Part shown: in pieces, positions 1 to 7,620 of the stretch
Numbering within the stretch: the first letter of the stretch is position 1
How the letters are laid out: every line of letters begins with the position of its first letter
From: Candidatus Electronema halotolerans
GTDB taxonomy: Bacteria > Desulfobacterota > Desulfobulbia > Desulfobulbales > Desulfobulbaceae
Assembly: GCA_942493095.1 (NCBI GenBank)
Contig: OW818675.1
Location: 990,001 to 1,022,000 of the forward strand
DNA length: 32,000 bases
Direction: 5' to 3'
Notes under the pieces: model-generated
Databases searched by the model: none
The model's input: only the letters and a program-made list of their open reading frames with translations
Told to the model about the DNA's origin: nothing
Made by a program: the position numbers and the translations under genes

Positions 1-170
1 CGATTCGCAGCGATATTAAAGCAGGAATAGCAATGGCCATTATATGAAAGAGAGGTTCCGGTTCAGTTTCATTGCCAACTGAGCCGGATTCAGGAAAAGA
101 GTCAGTTTATACTGAACAATACGTCCGGTCAGAACACCGAAAACAGTCAATCCATAAAGGGAGAATCGTT

Positions 171-293
171 ATGAAAGATCGCACCAAAAAGACAGACCGC
201 AAGACCGTTGCAGCGCAGAAGAACGAGAATAAAAACCGAAAGGGCCTTCGTACCGGTGTGAAAGCAGGAAAAATTGGCTGGCAGCCCGTTTAA
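171..293 (+). CDS. small basic peptide, paralog 1 of 3 (40 aa); candidate RiPP-type precursor with conserved N-terminal 33 aa and unique tail KIGWQPV
   Basis: In-frame ATG at 171 inside track ORF 72..293 (which starts at TTG), with AGGGAG about 7 nt upstream. MKDRTKKTDRKTVAAQKNENKNRKGLRTGVKAG matches the copies at 1863 and 4587. Stop TAA is at 291-293. Confidence 0.55.
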   Translation: MKDRTKKTDRKTVAAQKNENKNRKGLRTGVKAGKIGWQPV

Positions 294-295
294 AC
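288..295. repeat. 8-bp target-site duplication GTTTAAAC, left copy
   Basis: An identical octamer directly abuts both IS termini (288-295 and 1782-1789). Confidence 0.85.
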
Positions 296-1781
296 GTAAG
301 CGATCACAGGGTACCGCTCAGACCCAGCTTAAATCCGGCATCTGTCCTCTGAAATAGCAGCGCATGGCCTCGGTGAGCACCTCGAAAGTGGATTTTCCCC
401 GAAGCAGGCATGTCTGCCGGAGGGAAAGGATTCGTTCAACCCAGCGGTTTCCCTTGTCGCTGTCAGTGCCCTGACTCCGTTTGCGCCACAGCACGCCGAA
501 GCGGAGCATCCGTTCCGCTGGATTATTTGTCGGCTCTACGCCTTCTTCGAGCAAGAAAGTGAACAACGCCTCCATTTCCTTGTCAATATGACGGACAAAC
601 CTCCCCGCATCACTGTCGCAATCGCGCCAGCGTAGGATAAGTCGGCAGAGCCGGGCATAAAATGCGGACCATTCACCTTTGGTCGGCGGGTCTTTCGCCA
701 TGCGGCAGAGCCGCCGCAGTTCCGCAGCGGCCCATTTGCCGCAGGCGGCCAGTTCAGGGTCAGCGCGCTCCGCAAGGCCGTCTGCCCGGCGGATAAGATG
801 CGCGAGGCAAGTCTGCCGCTTGCCGACCCATTTTTGGTACACGTTGTATCCGTCGCTGATGAGAATACCGTTCCAAGCACCGATCAGTTCTTCAAAGGCT
901 TCCTTAGAGCGTTTCGGATGAATCATGAAGAACGCGGCCTGCCGGTTCGCCATAACCCATAACCAGCGCAGCCTGCCGCCAGTTTTCCACGTTGTTTCAT
1001 CAACATGTCCGATATCCCCGCTTGTGACGGCAGCCCGGACGGCCTCATAGTGCGGCGCGACAGCCGCCGAAGCCCGGTCAATGATCTTCTGCACCGCCCC
1101 GGCGCTGATAGGAACGCCGAGCACGGAACGGATGAATTTCCGCACAGTTCCCCGGCTGCTGCCGTCCATGCCGCTCAGTTCGGCAACCAGCGCGGTGAAC
1201 CGCGCCCCGAAACCGGTTCTGAATTCATCGGGAACACAGCCTCTGACGGTTTTGCCGCAGGCGGCGCATTCCCCTTTATAAAGAAGGAAATGCCTGACCT
1301 GCATCACGATTTCCGGCAGTTCAATATGCTGATGCGTATAATATGACCGTATGTTTTTGAATTTGCCGCAACCGCAGGAGCAGGCGGAAGGATACATTTT
1401 TTGCGTTTCTGTCGGCGGCATCAGCTCCTGACGATATCCACGCCGCTTTTTCCGGGGCTTCCCCGCCTGATCTCTCTGCCGTTTTTCTGTAAACGGAGAG
1501 TCGGAAGAAGGCGGCCTGTTCGAGTTCGAGGAATCTTCGCCGAGTTTCGCCTCAAGCTCTTCGACCCGTTTTCTCAGCCGCGTTACCTCAGCGATCAAAA
1601 AAGACAGCAGCTTCCGCACCGCAGGAGGTGTAGCGGCAAGGTCTTCCTCGCTTATCTCAAAATTTTCACGATGGAACGGGGCGGTCACAGCTTTCTCCTG
1701 CGGAAAAAATTACTGCTCACAATTTATCCAGTTGCGATGCCAAGCGCCAGTGTTTTTTAGAGACACCCTGTGATCAGTTAC
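296..1781 (-). mobile_element. IS66-family insertion sequence, single-ORF (ISBst12-like) type, 1486 bp, apparently intact
   Basis: Termini are GTAAGCGATCACAGGGT (296-312) and the reverse complement of 1765-1781, GTAACTGATCACAGGGT. They match at 15/17 and begin with the GTAA(GCG) typical of IS66 IRs. The element is flanked by an 8-bp direct repeat and carries one 456-aa IS66 transposase ORF. Confidence 0.9.
318..1688 (-). CDS. IS66-family transposase (TnpC-type DDE)
   Basis: 456 aa. N-terminal coiled-coil/leucine-zipper-like helix, NSNRPPSSD motif, Cys-rich zinc-finger region (CSCGCG..CAACG), and HVDETTW / SDGYNVY / CLAHLIRR / TNNPAERMLR blocks characteristic of IS66 TnpC. Confidence 0.95.
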   Translation of the reverse strand: MTAPFHRENFEISEEDLAATPPAVRKLLSFLIAEVTRLRKRVEELEAKLGEDSSNSNRPPSSDSPFTEKRQRDQAGKPRKKRRGYRQELMPPTETQKMYPSACSCGCGKFKNIRSYYTHQHIELPEIVMQVRHFLLYKGECAACGKTVRGCVPDEFRTGFGARFTALVAELSGMDGSSRGTVRKFIRSVLGVPISAGAVQKIIDRASAAVAPHYEAVRAAVTSGDIGHVDETTWKTGGRLRWLWVMANRQAAFFMIHPKRSKEAFEELIGAWNGILISDGYNVYQKWVGKRQTCLAHLIRRADGLAERADPELAACGKWAAAELRRLCRMAKDPPTKGEWSAFYARLCRLILRWRDCDSDAGRFVRHIDKEMEALFTFLLEEGVEPTNNPAERMLRFGVLWRKRSQGTDSDKGNRWVERILSLRQTCLLRGKSTFEVLTEAMRCYFRGQMPDLSWV

Positions 1782-1789
1782 GTTTAAAC
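1782..1789. repeat. 8-bp target-site duplication GTTTAAAC, right copy
   Basis: Identical to 288-295 and immediately outside the right IS terminus. Confidence 0.85.
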
Positions 1790-1862
1790 TCTCGCTCTTT
1801 TTCTCCTTGTGTCGGCTCTGCTCCGGCACAGGGCAACACAAACTCTGTTCATAAGGAACACT

Positions 1863-2012
1863 ATGAAACGCAACACCAGCAGAAAGACAGACCGCAAGAC
1901 CGTTGCAGCTCAGAAAAACAACAAAAATCGAAAAGGACTTACGACTGGGGTAAAAGCAGGTCGTTGGCCCCTCTTTATTCCTGTTTCCTTCGCTGGCCCT
2001 GGCGGCAACTGA
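1863..2012 (+). CDS. small basic peptide, paralog 2 of 3 (49 aa); tail RWPLFIPVSFAGPGGN
   Basis: ATG at 1863 within track ORF 1809..2012, with AAGGA 6 nt upstream. MKRNTSRKTDRKTVAAQKNNKNRKGLTTGVKAG is shared with the other two copies. Confidence 0.55.
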   Translation: MKRNTSRKTDRKTVAAQKNNKNRKGLTTGVKAGRWPLFIPVSFAGPGGN

Positions 2013-2032
2013 ATTTTTTATTTTAGCCGTGT

Positions 2033-2053
2033 AGTGTGCGCACCGCGCACACT
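2033..2053. terminator. 9-bp stem hairpin between convergent genes (peptide 2 and the AsnB-like gene)
   Basis: AGTGTGCGC-acc-GCGCACACT. It lies in the 66-bp gap between stop codons at 2012 and 2079. There is no clean U-tract on either side, so its function is uncertain. Confidence 0.35.
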
Positions 2054-2078
2054 ATCCCTATCCGGCAACGTCCTTCCA

Positions 2079-4307
2079 TCACCTAACCACCACCACCCCG
2101 TAATCCAAAGCCTCCTCCAGATGCTTGCGGATGTCGGCCTGCTTCAGGCCCAAGTCCTCAAGGATCGTACCCAACGAAATTCTGCCGTCCATTCGCCGCA
2201 ACACCGCAATCCAGTCCCCAACCTCATCCTCAGCTAAATCATACTCCAGTACCCCGTTGATCAGAATATGCCAGAGGGGCGTTTCCACGCCCGCCTGCTC
2301 CCCAGTGGTCAGCAGGAGCACATCCTCGGCCAGTTCCGGGATGCTTTCAGGGGTGATTTCCTGCCGCCGCAGGGCCAGCCGCAGGGCGATCTCCTCTTCA
2401 TCCCATTCCTCGGCCCGCAGCGAGGGCAGAATCGGGGCTTCATAGAGCGCAACCGGTTCGGCAGCAGCGGTTGCGGCCATCTGCGCCAGCAGGCCCATAT
2501 TGGTCAGCTTGACGAGATGATCCATATCCGCATATTCCGGGTCATCAGGAATGCTGTTGATCATCTCTTCCACGGTCTGCCGGTCAAAGACCGGATGCGA
2601 GCCGTCCGCATCACCGAAGGCTTCGCGCAGCAGGGCGCGGTCATCGGCATAGAGCAGTTCATACATCATCCGCTGGGTATAGCGCAGATCCTGGCCGTAG
2701 AAAAACGGCACCTTTGGCCGTTCAGCCAGCTCTTTTGGCAGATGCGGTCGCATGGCCTCGCGGAGGATGCGCTTATTCCAGAACAGTTCCGCATAATATT
2801 TGGGCGGAACCGCCGCAGTGTACTCCACGAGACGGTGATCAAGAAAGGGCACTCGATTTTCAATGCTGTTGCCCGCCGCAGTCCGGTCTTCGTGCCAGAG
2901 GTTGAACATCTGGAGGCTGGCCTGATACATGCGGATATGGTACTGCCAAGGATGCGGCTGGAGAGTTGCTCCGCCGCAGTCGGCGAGAAAGCCGCTGTTG
3001 AGCAGATTGGCATAGTCCGCTGTATTTTTCGGGCCGACAGAGAGGAGATAGGTCTTTTCAAAATCCCGCAGCAGTTCCATAAACAGGGGCCAGTTCCGTT
3101 CTTCCTCCGGGCGTTCAGGGTAGCCCTCAGCAAGATAATTCGGGCCGTAGCCGCCGTTGAACTCATCGCTGCCTTGACCGAGAAGCATAACCTTGAGTCC
3201 GGGACAAACAGCGCGGGCATAGCGATGCAGATGAAACTTGTACAGCTTTTCCGCATCACAGAGAGGGGTTTCAGTAATCCAGAGCAGAGATTTCCAGCCC
3301 TCCGGGGTGAAGGGGCTGTCGTGCCAGGAAAAGAGCACCTGATGATTGGGCAGGCCGAGATGGGTTGCAGCCTGATGAGCGGCAGAGGCATCTCCGTTTT
3401 CAAAGGTGCTCTGGCCGAGTACGGAAAAGGTATGCAGGGACTGATGCCGGGATGCGAAGGCGGCCACGGAGACTGAATCAATGCCGCCGCTGAGAAACAG
3501 GCCGATATCCACATCAGCCATCAGGCGGAGCCGCACCGAGTCTTCAAGTAGCTCGCCGTAGCCTTGAATGATTTCTTCTGCGGAACGGTCGTCTGCGGCG
3601 AATTCTTCTTCTGAAGGAATATCAAGCGTCCACCAGCGTTTCTGACGGATTTCTCCGGTGTCCGGTTTGGCGATAAGCAGTGAGCCGCCGGGCAGGTAAT
3701 GAATGTCTTTAAAGAAAGACGGCAGGGGATTGTCTATGCTCTGCTGCATCAGGTTGAAGCTCAGAGCGGTTTCCCAGTCAAACTCACGCGGGCAGTCGGG
3801 ACAGGCGAGCAGAGATTTGATCTCCGAGCCGAAAAGCAGACGTTCCTTGTTGAAGCTGTAAAAGAGCGGCTTGATGCCCATGCGGTCACGGGCTAAGAGC
3901 AGCTTCCGGCTGCGCATGTCCCAGAGGCACAGGGCGAACATGCCGTTGAGTTGCTTGAGAAAATCTGCGCCCTGTTCCTCGTAAAGATGGAGAATGACCT
4001 CCGCATCCGAGGCGGTGCGGAACTGGTGCGGTTCTTTGAGTTGCGCTCTGAGTTCCCGGTGATTGTAGATCTCGCCGTTGACCATGAGCATCAGGGAGCG
4101 GTCTTCATTGAACAGGGGCTGCCTGCCGCCTTCTACATCCACGATGGACAAACGGCGGAACACCGTGCCCAAGATATCATCCTGATAGAGCTGCTCATCA
4201 TCCGGGCCTCGGTAGGCGATGGACTGACCCATTGCCCTGAGTACCGGTTCAGTTTCAGGGCCAAGAGGCAGACGGTTTGTTTTCAGTATTCCGGCGAATC
4301 CGCACAT
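2079..4307 (-). CDS. asparagine synthetase (glutamine-hydrolysing) family amidotransferase with a ~110-aa C-terminal PqqD/RRE-like extension
   Basis: 742 aa. Class-II glutaminase residues are intact: MCGFAG (Cys2), RRLSIVD, NGEIYN, SDAEVI. PP-loop LSGGIDS is present. GGAG lies 11 nt upstream of the ATG. The C-terminal tail ...WIAVLRRMDGRISLGTILEDLGLKQADIRKHLEEALDYGVVVV is absent from canonical AsnB. Confidence 0.93.
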   Translation of the reverse strand: MCGFAGILKTNRLPLGPETEPVLRAMGQSIAYRGPDDEQLYQDDILGTVFRRLSIVDVEGGRQPLFNEDRSLMLMVNGEIYNHRELRAQLKEPHQFRTASDAEVILHLYEEQGADFLKQLNGMFALCLWDMRSRKLLLARDRMGIKPLFYSFNKERLLFGSEIKSLLACPDCPREFDWETALSFNLMQQSIDNPLPSFFKDIHYLPGGSLLIAKPDTGEIRQKRWWTLDIPSEEEFAADDRSAEEIIQGYGELLEDSVRLRLMADVDIGLFLSGGIDSVSVAAFASRHQSLHTFSVLGQSTFENGDASAAHQAATHLGLPNHQVLFSWHDSPFTPEGWKSLLWITETPLCDAEKLYKFHLHRYARAVCPGLKVMLLGQGSDEFNGGYGPNYLAEGYPERPEEERNWPLFMELLRDFEKTYLLSVGPKNTADYANLLNSGFLADCGGATLQPHPWQYHIRMYQASLQMFNLWHEDRTAAGNSIENRVPFLDHRLVEYTAAVPPKYYAELFWNKRILREAMRPHLPKELAERPKVPFFYGQDLRYTQRMMYELLYADDRALLREAFGDADGSHPVFDRQTVEEMINSIPDDPEYADMDHLVKLTNMGLLAQMAATAAAEPVALYEAPILPSLRAEEWDEEEIALRLALRRQEITPESIPELAEDVLLLTTGEQAGVETPLWHILINGVLEYDLAEDEVGDWIAVLRRMDGRISLGTILEDLGLKQADIRKHLEEALDYGVVVVR

Positions 4308-4455
4308 AATACATTTTCTCCTTCAATATCAGGCACCGAAAAGGGGACACGATATAAACCAAACCAACGCGATCAGAATAGGTGAAGACTGTCGTGATGT
4401 CAAGCAGGAAGAGACAGCTTATTGATATTGCCAAGATATTTTTTTAAAATACAGC

Positions 4456-4486
4456 TTGACAAATACTTGAGGGGGGGGGGTAATAT
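4456..4486 (+). promoter_or_regulatory. sigma70-like promoter for peptide gene 3
   Basis: TTGACA (4456-4461), a 19-nt spacer, then TAATAT (4481-4486). An AT-rich UP-like stretch (atatttttttaaaata) lies just upstream. The spacer contains a G10 run. Confidence 0.55.
4471..4480 (+). repeat. G10 homopolymer tract inside the promoter spacer
   Basis: Ten consecutive G read directly. This is the longest homopolymer I noticed in the window. Confidence 0.95.
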
Positions 4487-4586
4487 TTCTATTAAGAATA
4501 CGGATTGTCTCTGCGGATGCGGAGATAATCTCATCAGCCGGTCGGACGACCGAAAATATTCCGTTCAAAAAATATGGAGGAACATC

Positions 4587-4712
4587 ATGAAACGCAACAC
4601 CAGCAAAAAAACAGACCGCAAGACCGTTGCAGCGCAGAAGAATGAAAGCAAAAGCCGGAAGGGTTTTCGTACCGGTGTGAAGGCGGGAAGATTAATCATA
4701 GATCATTATTAA
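4587..4712 (+). CDS. small basic peptide, paralog 3 of 3 (41 aa); tail RLIIDHY
   Basis: ATG at 4587 within track ORF 4422..4712, with GGAGG 6 nt upstream. MKRNTSKKTDRKTVAAQKNESKSRKGFRTGVKAG. It has its own promoter (4456-4486) and terminator (4774-4805). Confidence 0.65.
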   Translation: MKRNTSKKTDRKTVAAQKNESKSRKGFRTGVKAGRLIIDHY

Positions 4713-4773
4713 TCAATCATTTATAATCGATCGGGGACAGACCCCACATTTAGCCCGACAGCGTAAAGCTCCG

Positions 4774-4805
4774 CAGGGTGCCTTCAGCGCACCCTGTTTG
4801 TTTTT
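4774..4805 (+). terminator. rho-independent terminator after peptide gene 3
   Basis: CAGGGTGC-cttcagc-GCACCCTG followed by TTTGTTTTT. Confidence 0.75.
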
Positions 4806-4835
4806 CCCTCCCTGCCCCTGAAAATGCCTGCGCAT

Positions 4836-4994
4836 CTAACTTTTTGATTTTTCACCTTTAAATGGATTAATAAAAGCCACGCCGGTACGTTCAATATCGG
4901 CCACGTTGCGCGTCACCAGGGTTAAACCGTGAACTGAGGCTGTGGCCGCCAACAGGCTGTCAATCACCGGCAGCGGATCTGGTACGCCCAACCA
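4836..4994 (-). pseudogene. vapC: vapC (PIN-domain toxin) 3' remnant, C-terminal ~50 codons only
   Basis: Manual translation of the minus strand gives [52 protein letters not shown]. It is bounded upstream by an in-frame TGA. The ID..IAAtA..HgltLvTrNv.dF....nPf pattern is the canonical VapC C-terminus. It overlaps the kinase stop codon in another frame. Confidence 0.6.
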
Positions 4995-7620
4995 TCACCA
5001 CCTTTTTCGCTTCACTCAGCCTGTTTTCATGCACTGTGGCCAGCACCCGCTGAAAAGCGGCCTTGGCAAAGGGCTTTTCAAGAAAATCGTTCATGCCCGC
5101 CTCGGTGCAGCGTTGCCGGTCTTCGACCGCCACATTAGCGGTGATGGCGACAATCCACGGCTGCTGCTCAGGGGCGATTTCGGCCCGGATGCGTCGGGTC
5201 GCCTCCAGACCGTCCATGACTGGCATGTTGACATCCATGAAGACCACGTCATAAGGCGTTTCCTGCACCTTTTGCAGGGCATCCGCGCCATTGTCAACAA
5301 AATCAACGGTCAGGTCGAACTTTTTCAAAAAGGTGCGAATCAGCATCTGATTGCCCCGGTTGTCGTCTGCCGCTAAAACGCGGAGCGCAGTTTTTTCCGG
5401 CGGCGCAATGACTGCTGTCGTCTGCTCTGCCGCCTGACAGGGCAGGGCCACTGACCTGCATGTTCCTTCGCAGCTTAGTGCTTGGAACAGTGCCTTTATG
5501 GTCAGGGGTTTGTTGATCAGCAGCGGCTCTGTTCCAGCAGGCAGCAACCATTCACATTCAGTCAGATGCACAGGATACGCCAGCAGAATGGGCGGAGAGG
5601 GCAGGGTGCTGACAAGCTGCTTGAGCCGCTCCCGCCCGCTGCTGTCAAGCTGCTCCAAGGCGGCATCGTCAACAAGGAGGAGATCGGGCGGCTGAGAAAT
5701 ATCTGCTCCGTTAAACTGACTGGCCGGGACAGACTGCACATGCAGGCCAAGGAAGTGCAAGGGCTTGCTTACAGCCTGTTCCAAGGTCGGATTATGGATC
5801 AGCAGGAGGATGCGCTGGCCGGAGAAGACTGGAGCAGGCAGGTCAATGCAGCTTGCGGGCTGCTCGTCGGCAATCCGCAGGGGCACGGTGAAGGAGAAGC
5901 AGGAGCCTTGACCAAGCTCGCTTTCCACCGTGATGCTGCCACCCATCAGCTCGGTCAGCTGGGCGCAGATGCTCAGGCCAAGGCCGGTGCCGCCGTACTT
6001 GCGGCTGGTCGAGGACTCGGCCTGGCTGAAGGAGCGGAACAGCTTCTTGATGTTTTCCTCGGCAATGCCGATGCCGGTGTCACGGACGCTCCACGTCAGC
6101 ATGGTTCCGCTGTCATCAGCGCGAACTGAAACCTCCACCTCGCCTTTTTCTGTGAACTTCAGGCTGTTGCCCACCAGATTAAGCAGAATCTGCTCAATCC
6201 GGGCCGAGTCGCCGATGATCCGGCAGGGGAGCTGAGGATCAATGTCGGCAATCAGCTCAATGCCCTTGGCCCCGGCCTTGGGACTCATCAGAGTCAGCAC
6301 CTTTTCGACACTGCTGTGGAGGAGAAAAGGCCGTTCTTCCAGCTCCATCTTGCCGGCCTCGATCTTGCTGAAGTCAAGAATGTCGTTGACCAAGCGGATC
6401 AGGCTGTTGCCGCTGGCATGAATGACTGAGGCAAAGTTGTGCTGCTCCTTGCTCATCTTGGTGTCTAAGAGAATCTCAGCCATGCCGATGATGCCGTTCA
6501 TGGGCGTGCGGATTTCATGGCTCATGAAAGCAAGGAACTGCGCCTTGGCATGCGCCGCCTCTTCCGCCGCCTCTTTGGCTTCGCACCAGGCATTTTCAGC
6601 CCGGATAATGAAACGGGAGAAAAACCAGGAAAAGAGCACGGAGATGGCCACGCTGAGGACAAGGGAAATGCCGATATTGATTAAAAAATCATGCTGGGAC
6701 TCCCGCGCCAGGGCGTAGGCGGAATCGCGGCGGTCAACCAGCACAGCGGCGAAATCAATTGATTCCGCCACGTCATAGCTGCCGACATAGCTTGCTCCGG
6801 CATAATCAAAGCGTTCCAGCTTTGAGACTCTGGCTAACGTGGTGTGGCTCAGGCTGGCGGCAATGTCGTCAATCAACGGATAAGGCAGCTTGTCACCCAG
6901 CTTGAACGGTGCCTTGCGGTTGGCATAGAGCACTGTCCCTTGGGCATCGGCAATATAAATCTCCGCAAACTGGTTTTCGATTCCCAGCCCGGCCTCTTCG
7001 CCGATTCGTTGCAGGGCCTCAGAGAGCTGGAACACGCAGCGCACCTGCACCTTCTGCCCAGACGGCTCGATGATGAACAGATCAACAGGCAGAAAGAATT
7101 CAGTGCGTTCCTCGGAGCGGATGAAAATCGGAGCGCAGGTTTTGGTTGCGCCCTGCTGGCGGATTTGGCAGTTTGCAGTCAGCATCCTGCCGACTCCTTC
7201 CGCATCAGCGGCGGAGAGCCGGGCCATTTCCTCCTCTTTGAATAGAGAAAGCGGCGGCCCGCCGTTCTGTACCATCATCACGAGAATATCCTTAGACTGG
7301 CGGACAAAAACATCCAAAAGCCGGTTGCGTTCAGCAGAATCAGCATTGCTGCTGACAATGTCGGCAATTCGGGCAAGGCTCGCCTGCCACGTCAGGGTGT
7401 TGAGCTGATCAATCTGAAGGGTGATCTGCTTGGCAGTCAGGAGAAATTGATTGTTGAGCGAGCTGGTGAGCTGGTTCTCGACATTGCGCAGCAGCTTCCA
7501 CGCGACAATGCTGTAGGGGAGGATGCCAATCAGCAGAAAGGACAGCAGAAAGGTGTTGAAGAGGAGTTTTTTATTGAAACGGGTCAGACGATGCATGGAA
7601 CACGACTCTGGCAGCGGCAT
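4960..7620 (-). CDS. hybrid sensor histidine kinase / response regulator
   Basis: 886 aa. Two TM segments flank a ~270-aa periplasmic region. HisKA H-box [15 protein letters not shown] and HATPase G-boxes GTGLGLSIC are present. C-terminal receiver is LRVLAADDN...[13 protein letters not shown]...EKPF. An alternative start at Met9 is possible. Confidence 0.93.
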   Translation of the reverse strand: MPLPESCSMHRLTRFNKKLLFNTFLLSFLLIGILPYSIVAWKLLRNVENQLTSSLNNQFLLTAKQITLQIDQLNTLTWQASLARIADIVSSNADSAERNRLLDVFVRQSKDILVMMVQNGGPPLSLFKEEEMARLSAADAEGVGRMLTANCQIRQQGATKTCAPIFIRSEERTEFFLPVDLFIIEPSGQKVQVRCVFQLSEALQRIGEEAGLGIENQFAEIYIADAQGTVLYANRKAPFKLGDKLPYPLIDDIAASLSHTTLARVSKLERFDYAGASYVGSYDVAESIDFAAVLVDRRDSAYALARESQHDFLINIGISLVLSVAISVLFSWFFSRFIIRAENAWCEAKEAAEEAAHAKAQFLAFMSHEIRTPMNGIIGMAEILLDTKMSKEQHNFASVIHASGNSLIRLVNDILDFSKIEAGKMELEERPFLLHSSVEKVLTLMSPKAGAKGIELIADIDPQLPCRIIGDSARIEQILLNLVGNSLKFTEKGEVEVSVRADDSGTMLTWSVRDTGIGIAEENIKKLFRSFSQAESSTSRKYGGTGLGLSICAQLTELMGGSITVESELGQGSCFSFTVPLRIADEQPASCIDLPAPVFSGQRILLLIHNPTLEQAVSKPLHFLGLHVQSVPASQFNGADISQPPDLLLVDDAALEQLDSSGRERLKQLVSTLPSPPILLAYPVHLTECEWLLPAGTEPLLINKPLTIKALFQALSCEGTCRSVALPCQAAEQTTAVIAPPEKTALRVLAADDNRGNQMLIRTFLKKFDLTVDFVDNGADALQKVQETPYDVVFMDVNMPVMDGLEATRRIRAEIAPEQQPWIVAITANVAVEDRQRCTEAGMNDFLEKPFAKAAFQRVLATVHENRLSEAKKVVMVGRTRSAAGD

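Noticed and set aside
2268-3476. Long antisense or overlapping ORFs: 2268..3476+, 2666..3514-, 8169..9089+, 13331..14290-, 15629..16705+, 17294..18265+, 20462..21025-, 22055..22738+ and similar
   Set aside because: They lie opposite or out of frame to genes with clear family motifs. They have Arg/Ala/Gly/Pro-rich low-complexity translations typical of GC-rich antisense frames, and no RBS or recognisable domains.
171-4712. Lasso-peptide cluster (Asn-synthetase-like cyclase plus precursors)
   Set aside because: None of the three tails has Asp/Glu 7-9 residues after a plausible Gly/Ala/Ser/Cys core start. No transglutaminase-like B protease is present in the window. The enzyme keeps a full glutaminase active site, which argues for amidation rather than lactam formation.
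72-4712. Long forms of the small-peptide ORFs in the track (72..293, 1809..2012, 4422..4712)
   Set aside because: The N-terminal extensions are unrelated to each other. One starts at TTG, and the 4422 form reads through the promoter and the G10 tract. All three share an internal ATG with a good RBS exactly where similarity begins.
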